Part shown: piece by piece, positions 7,802-11,145 of the stretch
How positions within the stretch are numbered: position 1 is the first letter of the stretch
How the letters are laid out: the number at the start of each line of letters is the position of its first letter
From: Myxococcota bacterium
Lineage (GTDB): Bacteria; Myxococcota_A; UBA9160; PR03
Assembly: GCA_041611735.1 (NCBI GenBank)
Contig: JBFIML010000077.1
Coordinates: 1 to 11,145, forward strand
Direction of reading: 5' to 3'
Length of the DNA: 11,145 bases
Notes under the pieces: generated by a model
Database searches by the model: none
Told to the model about the DNA's origin: nothing
What the model saw: the letters and a program-made list of their open reading frames with translations, nothing else
Translations under genes and position numbers: made by a program

Positions 7802-8379
7802 GGTCGCGCGCCAACGTCACGGACCGCCGCGGCGCCCAGGCGTCGCGCTGGCTGCGCCTGGCGGCCTGGGCCGCGGGGATCGCGGTGCTGGGCTTCGGGC
7901 TGGGTGTGGTGGTGGGGATCATCGGGGAGGAGCCCGAGCTCCTGCTCGCCCACGTGAGCGGAGACAGCCGCGCGGTGGGTCTGACCGAGGCGGGGGCGCC
8001 GCCCGACGCGTCCGACCCCGGGGACCCGGCGCCGGTGCCGGACGTGGCCGCCGAGCCCCCGCCGGAGGTGCCGGTGGCCCCGGCGCCGGCTCCTGCCCGC
8101 GCCGCGGCCGAGCCGCCGCGCGTCGCCACGGTTCCGCGCGGACAGGGCTTCTCGGTGCAGGTCGGGGCCTTCGGGGAGGAGGCCGCGGCGGAGCGCCTGG
8201 CCGCCTCGCTGCGGGCCCGCGGCCTGCCCGTCTACGTGGCGGCCGCCCCGGCCGGCGGCCCGGCTGGTTGGCGGGTGCGGGTGGGCCCCGTGGCCCAGCG
8301 CGCGGAGGCCGAGCGCCTGGCTGCGCGCCTCGCCGCCGACCGGCTGCCCACCTGGGTTCGGAGCGAAGCGGAACGCTGA
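7798..8379 (+). CDS. Membrane-anchored SPOR-domain cell division protein (FtsN/DedD-like), ~193 aa
   Basis: GTG 7798 overlaps the argS stop (GTGA). Basic N-terminus, one TM helix, Pro/Ala-rich linker, and C-terminal SPOR domain (FSVQVGAF...[12 protein letters not shown]...WRVRVGP...EAERLAARL). It is the last part of track ORF 5965..8379. Confidence 0.9.
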   Translation: MRSRANVTDRRGAQASRWLRLAAWAAGIAVLGFGLGVVVGIIGEEPELLLAHVSGDSRAVGLTEAGAPPDASDPGDPAPVPDVAAEPPPEVPVAPAPAPARAAAEPPRVATVPRGQGFSVQVGAFGEEAAAERLAASLRARGLPVYVAAAPAGGPAGWRVRVGPVAQRAEAERLAARLAADRLPTWVRSEAER

Positions 8380-8462
8380 TGGCGCGCCATCCCGTCGAGG
8401 TTCCCGTGCCGGAGAGGCCGGGTGGAGCGCTGCCGCCGGGCCGCGTCGGGCGGCGCCCGTGA
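8379..8462 (+). CDS. Putative 27-aa Pro/Arg-rich mini-ORF or leader peptide bridging the SPOR gene and lepA
   Basis: ATG overlaps the SPOR stop (TGATG) and its TGA overlaps the lepA start (GTGA). Translation: [28 protein letters not shown] recognise no homology. Confidence 0.4.
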   Translation: MARHPVEVPVPERPGGALPPGRVGRRP

Positions 8463-10261
8463 GCGACGCCAGCCGCATCCGAAACTTCTGCATCATCGCG
8501 CACATCGACCACGGCAAGAGTACGTTGGCGGATCGCTTGCTCGACGCCACCCAGTCCCTGACCCAGCGGGAACGGCGCGCCCAGTTCCTCGACAAGATGG
8601 ACCTGGAGCGGGAACGCGGCATCACGATTAAGGCGCAGACCGTCCGCATGCGCTACCGGGCCGAGAGCGGCGTCGAGTACGTACTCAACCTGATCGACAC
8701 GCCCGGGCACGTGGACTTCTCGTACGAGGTCTCCCGCGCGCTCCAGGCCTGCGAGGGAGCGGTGCTCGTGGTGGACGCCGCCCAGGGGATCGAGGCCCAG
8801 ACGCTCGCGAATGCGTACCTGGCCCTGGACGCCGGCCTCGAGATCCTTCCGGTGGTGAACAAGATCGATCTGGCGGCCGCCGATCCCGCGGCGGTGGCGC
8901 GCGAGATCGAGGACGTGATCGGCCTCGAAGCGAGCGACGTGCTGCCGGTCTCCGCCAAGGAGGGGACCGGCGTGAAGGAGCTGCTGGAGCGGATCGTGGC
9001 CCGCGTACCGGCGCCCCGGGGCGATCCGGCTGCGCCGACCCGCGCCCTCGTCTTCGACTCCTGGTTCGATCCCTACGTGGGCGTGGTGATGCTGGTGCGG
9101 CTCGTGGACGGGTGTCTGCGCCGCGGCGACGAGATCCGCCTCATGGCGCGAGGCTCCGAGCACGAGGTGCAGGATCTGGACGTGATCGACCCGCACCCGC
9201 GGCGCGTGGACACGTTGGAGGCGGGCGAGGTCGGTCTGGTGGTGGCGAGCATCAAGAACCTGGACGAGGTGCGCGTCGGGGACACGGTCACGCAGCTGCG
9301 CCGGCCGGCCGCGGTCGCGTTGCCGGGCTTCCGCGAGGTGAAGCCCATGGTGTTCGCCGGCCTGTACCCGGTGGACCCCGATGACTACGGGGGGCTCAAG
9401 ATGGCGCTCGAGAAGCTGCGGCTGAACGACGCCTCCTTCCGCTTCGAGCCCGAGACCAGTGTTGCCCTGGGCTTCGGATTCCGCTGCGGTTTCCTCGGCT
9501 TCCTGCACGCGGAGATCATCCAGGAACGCCTGGAGCGGGAGTACGGGGTGCCGCTGGTCACCACCGCGCCCACGGTGCGCTACCGGGTGGTGGGCACGTC
9601 GGGGGAGGAGATCGAGATCGACAGCCCCGCGGGCCTGCCTCCCGTGGCCAGGATCGAGCGCATCGAGGAGCCCTACATCCTCGCCGCGATCCACGTGCCT
9701 TCGGACCGGATCGGGGCTGTGCTGGCGCTGTGCCAGGAGCGGCGCGGGATCCAGCGGGACCTGGCGGTGCACGGAGCGCGCGTGCAGGTTCGCTACGAGC
9801 TGCCGCTGGCGGAGGTGGTGGCGGACTTCCACGATCGTCTCAAGAGCGTGACCCGGGGCTACGGCTCCTTCGACTACGACCTGATCGGCTATCGGCCCGC
9901 CGATCTCGTGAAGCTCGACGTGCTCGTGAACCAGCAGCTCGTGGACGCGCTGTCCCTGATCGTGCACCGGGACAAGGCCTACGGGCGCGGCTCGGGGCTG
10001 GTTCGGAAGCTGAAGGAGCACATTCCACGCCAGATGTTCGAGGTGGCGATCCAGGCATCCGTCGGGTCGCGCGTCATCGCGCGCAGCACCGTGAAGGCGT
10101 TGCGCAAGAACGTGACCGCCAAGTGTTACGGTGGCGACATCTCGCGAAAGCGCAAGCTGCTGGAGCGACAGAAGGAGGGAAAGCGGCGCATGAAGCGGGT
10201 CGGCTCGGTGGAGATCCCCCAGGAGGCGTTCCTGGCCGCCCTCAAGCTGGAGGGCGCGTGA
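8459..10261 (+). CDS. lepA: Elongation factor 4 (LepA), translational GTPase
   Basis: [53 protein letters not shown], and C-terminal [28 protein letters not shown] start. Confidence 0.99.
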   Translation: MSDASRIRNFCIIAHIDHGKSTLADRLLDATQSLTQRERRAQFLDKMDLERERGITIKAQTVRMRYRAESGVEYVLNLIDTPGHVDFSYEVSRALQACEGAVLVVDAAQGIEAQTLANAYLALDAGLEILPVVNKIDLAAADPAAVAREIEDVIGLEASDVLPVSAKEGTGVKELLERIVARVPAPRGDPAAPTRALVFDSWFDPYVGVVMLVRLVDGCLRRGDEIRLMARGSEHEVQDLDVIDPHPRRVDTLEAGEVGLVVASIKNLDEVRVGDTVTQLRRPAAVALPGFREVKPMVFAGLYPVDPDDYGGLKMALEKLRLNDASFRFEPETSVALGFGFRCGFLGFLHAEIIQERLEREYGVPLVTTAPTVRYRVVGTSGEEIEIDSPAGLPPVARIERIEEPYILAAIHVPSDRIGAVLALCQERRGIQRDLAVHGARVQVRYELPLAEVVADFHDRLKSVTRGYGSFDYDLIGYRPADLVKLDVLVNQQLVDALSLIVHRDKAYGRGSGLVRKLKEHIPRQMFEVAIQASVGSRVIARSTVKALRKNVTAKCYGGDISRKRKLLERQKEGKRRMKRVGSVEIPQEAFLAALKLEGA

Positions 10262-11121
10262 GCCGCCGCCCTGCGCGGGCCGGGGAGCGGTCCGAGGAGG
10301 GCGACGACGCGCCGCACGGCTGGCCGCGCTGGGCATGGGACCAGTTCGGTTGGCTGGCGGTGGCCTTGCTGCTGGCCCTGGCCATCCGGGCCTTCGTGAT
10401 CGAGCCCTACCGCATCCCGTCGGGCTCGATGCTGCCCACCTTGCTGATCGGCGACCACCTGTTCGTCAACAAGTTCGTGTACGGGATCAAGCTGCCCTTC
10501 GCGGATTGGCGCCTGCCCGCGCTGCGGGCGCCCCGGCGGGGGGACGTGATCGTATTCACCGTGGCGCGAGACCCGGGCGCTCTGCGTCCGGAGCGCTCGG
10601 TGCGACCGGCGGATCGCCGGACCGACCTGCCGCACGACCGATTCGTGAAGCGCATCCTGGGGGTGCCCGGAGACGAGCTGGAGGTGCGCAGGGGACGCCT
10701 GTACCTGAACGGGGAGCAGGTGCCCGTGCGCGAAGCAGAGCAGCCGTTCGTCGACGAGGCCGGGCGCGAGCTCACCCAACGGGTCGAGCGGCTGGACGGC
10801 TGTGAGCACGCCACCCTCGACGATCCGGCGCTGCCGGGTCCCGAGGGACGCTTCGTGGTCGAGCGCGGACGCTACTTCGTGATGGGCGACAACCGCGACC
10901 ATTCCAACGACAGTCGCAGCTGGGGAACCGTTCGTTTGGCGGAGATCAAGGGGCCCGCCTTCCTGCTGTACTGGTCCTGGGACTGGAACGGGAGCTGGCG
11001 GGCGCTGCTCAACCCGCTCACCTGGTGGGAGAACCTGACCCAGCGCATGCGCTGGCGGCGCATCGGGGACCGCATCGCCTGCGGGGCGCCCCGGTCCGCC
11101 CTTGGAGGCCCCGCCCGTTGA
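10258..11121 (+). CDS. lepB: Signal peptidase I (287 aa)
   Basis: GTG 10258 overlaps the lepA stop (GTGA). One TM helix, [10 protein letters not shown] (catalytic Ser 10426-10428), RGDVIVF, FVKR (catalytic Lys 10648-10650), [11 protein letters not shown]. Classic lepA-lepB pair. Confidence 0.97.
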   Translation: MSRRPARAGERSEEGDDAPHGWPRWAWDQFGWLAVALLLALAIRAFVIEPYRIPSGSMLPTLLIGDHLFVNKFVYGIKLPFADWRLPALRAPRRGDVIVFTVARDPGALRPERSVRPADRRTDLPHDRFVKRILGVPGDELEVRRGRLYLNGEQVPVREAEQPFVDEAGRELTQRVERLDGCEHATLDDPALPGPEGRFVVERGRYFVMGDNRDHSNDSRSWGTVRLAEIKGPAFLLYWSWDWNGSWRALLNPLTWWENLTQRMRWRRIGDRIACGAPRSALGGPAR

Positions 11122-11145
11122 CGTCGGCCCCCGGGGCCCGGTAGA
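11118..11145 (+). promoter_or_regulatory. Possible promoter for the next gene (truncated by the window edge)
   Basis: TTGACG (11118-11123, containing the lepB stop), 18-nt spacer, then TAGA at the last four bases. The -10 hexamer is incomplete. Confidence 0.25.

Noticed and set aside
7990..8125. Repetitive-looking GC-rich tract (ccggcgccgg-type units) as a DNA repeat or CRISPR
   Set aside because: It encodes the Pro/Ala linker of the SPOR protein and has no regular repeat-spacer periodicity.
8268..8378. Longer 64-aa version of the mini-ORF starting at TTG 8268
   Set aside because: It overlaps the SPOR domain coding sequence out of frame with no RBS. The ATG at 8379 overlapping the stop codon is the more plausible start.
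7919..10336. 805-aa minus-strand ORF antisense to lepA; similar ORFs at 6059..7681, 2263..3489, 3652..4746, 1007..2041, 4792..6069 and 10126..10902
   Set aside because: Shadow ORFs produced by the strong GC3 bias of the real sense-strand genes. They show no recognisable domains and lie over well-supported housekeeping genes.
11126..11141. GC hairpin after lepB as an intrinsic terminator
   Set aside because: Only a 5-bp stem with a 3-nt loop and no U-tract in the visible sequence.
1..11145. tRNA/rRNA genes, IS elements, CRISPR arrays, prophage or defence genes
   Set aside because: The window is almost fully occupied by recognisable housekeeping CDSs. The largest gaps are 70 and 79 nt and show no such signatures.

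Overview
GC-rich bacterial housekeeping region with every real gene on the + strand. It holds the 3' end of the spc/alpha ribosomal superoperon: secY (partial), adk, map, rpmJ, rpsM, rpsK, rpsD, rpoA, rplQ, with no infA. This is followed without an obvious terminator by a TlpA/ResA-like thioredoxin, an FtsB-like septum protein, argS, a membrane-anchored SPOR protein, lepA and lepB. The RpoA N-terminus and gene order suggest a Myxococcota/deltaproteobacteria-like organism (inference). I see no mobile element, CRISPR array, RNA gene or defence system. The best candidate for something undescribed is a 27-codon Pro/Arg-rich mini-ORF (8379..8462) that exactly bridges the SPOR stop (TGATG) and the lepA start (GTGA); it could be a coupling or stalling leader for EF4. 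Secondary oddities are a 90-aa basic RG-rich tail on L17, a possible CTG start for the thioredoxin, an ArgRS with altered signature motifs, a short-LID Adk and insertions in LepB.
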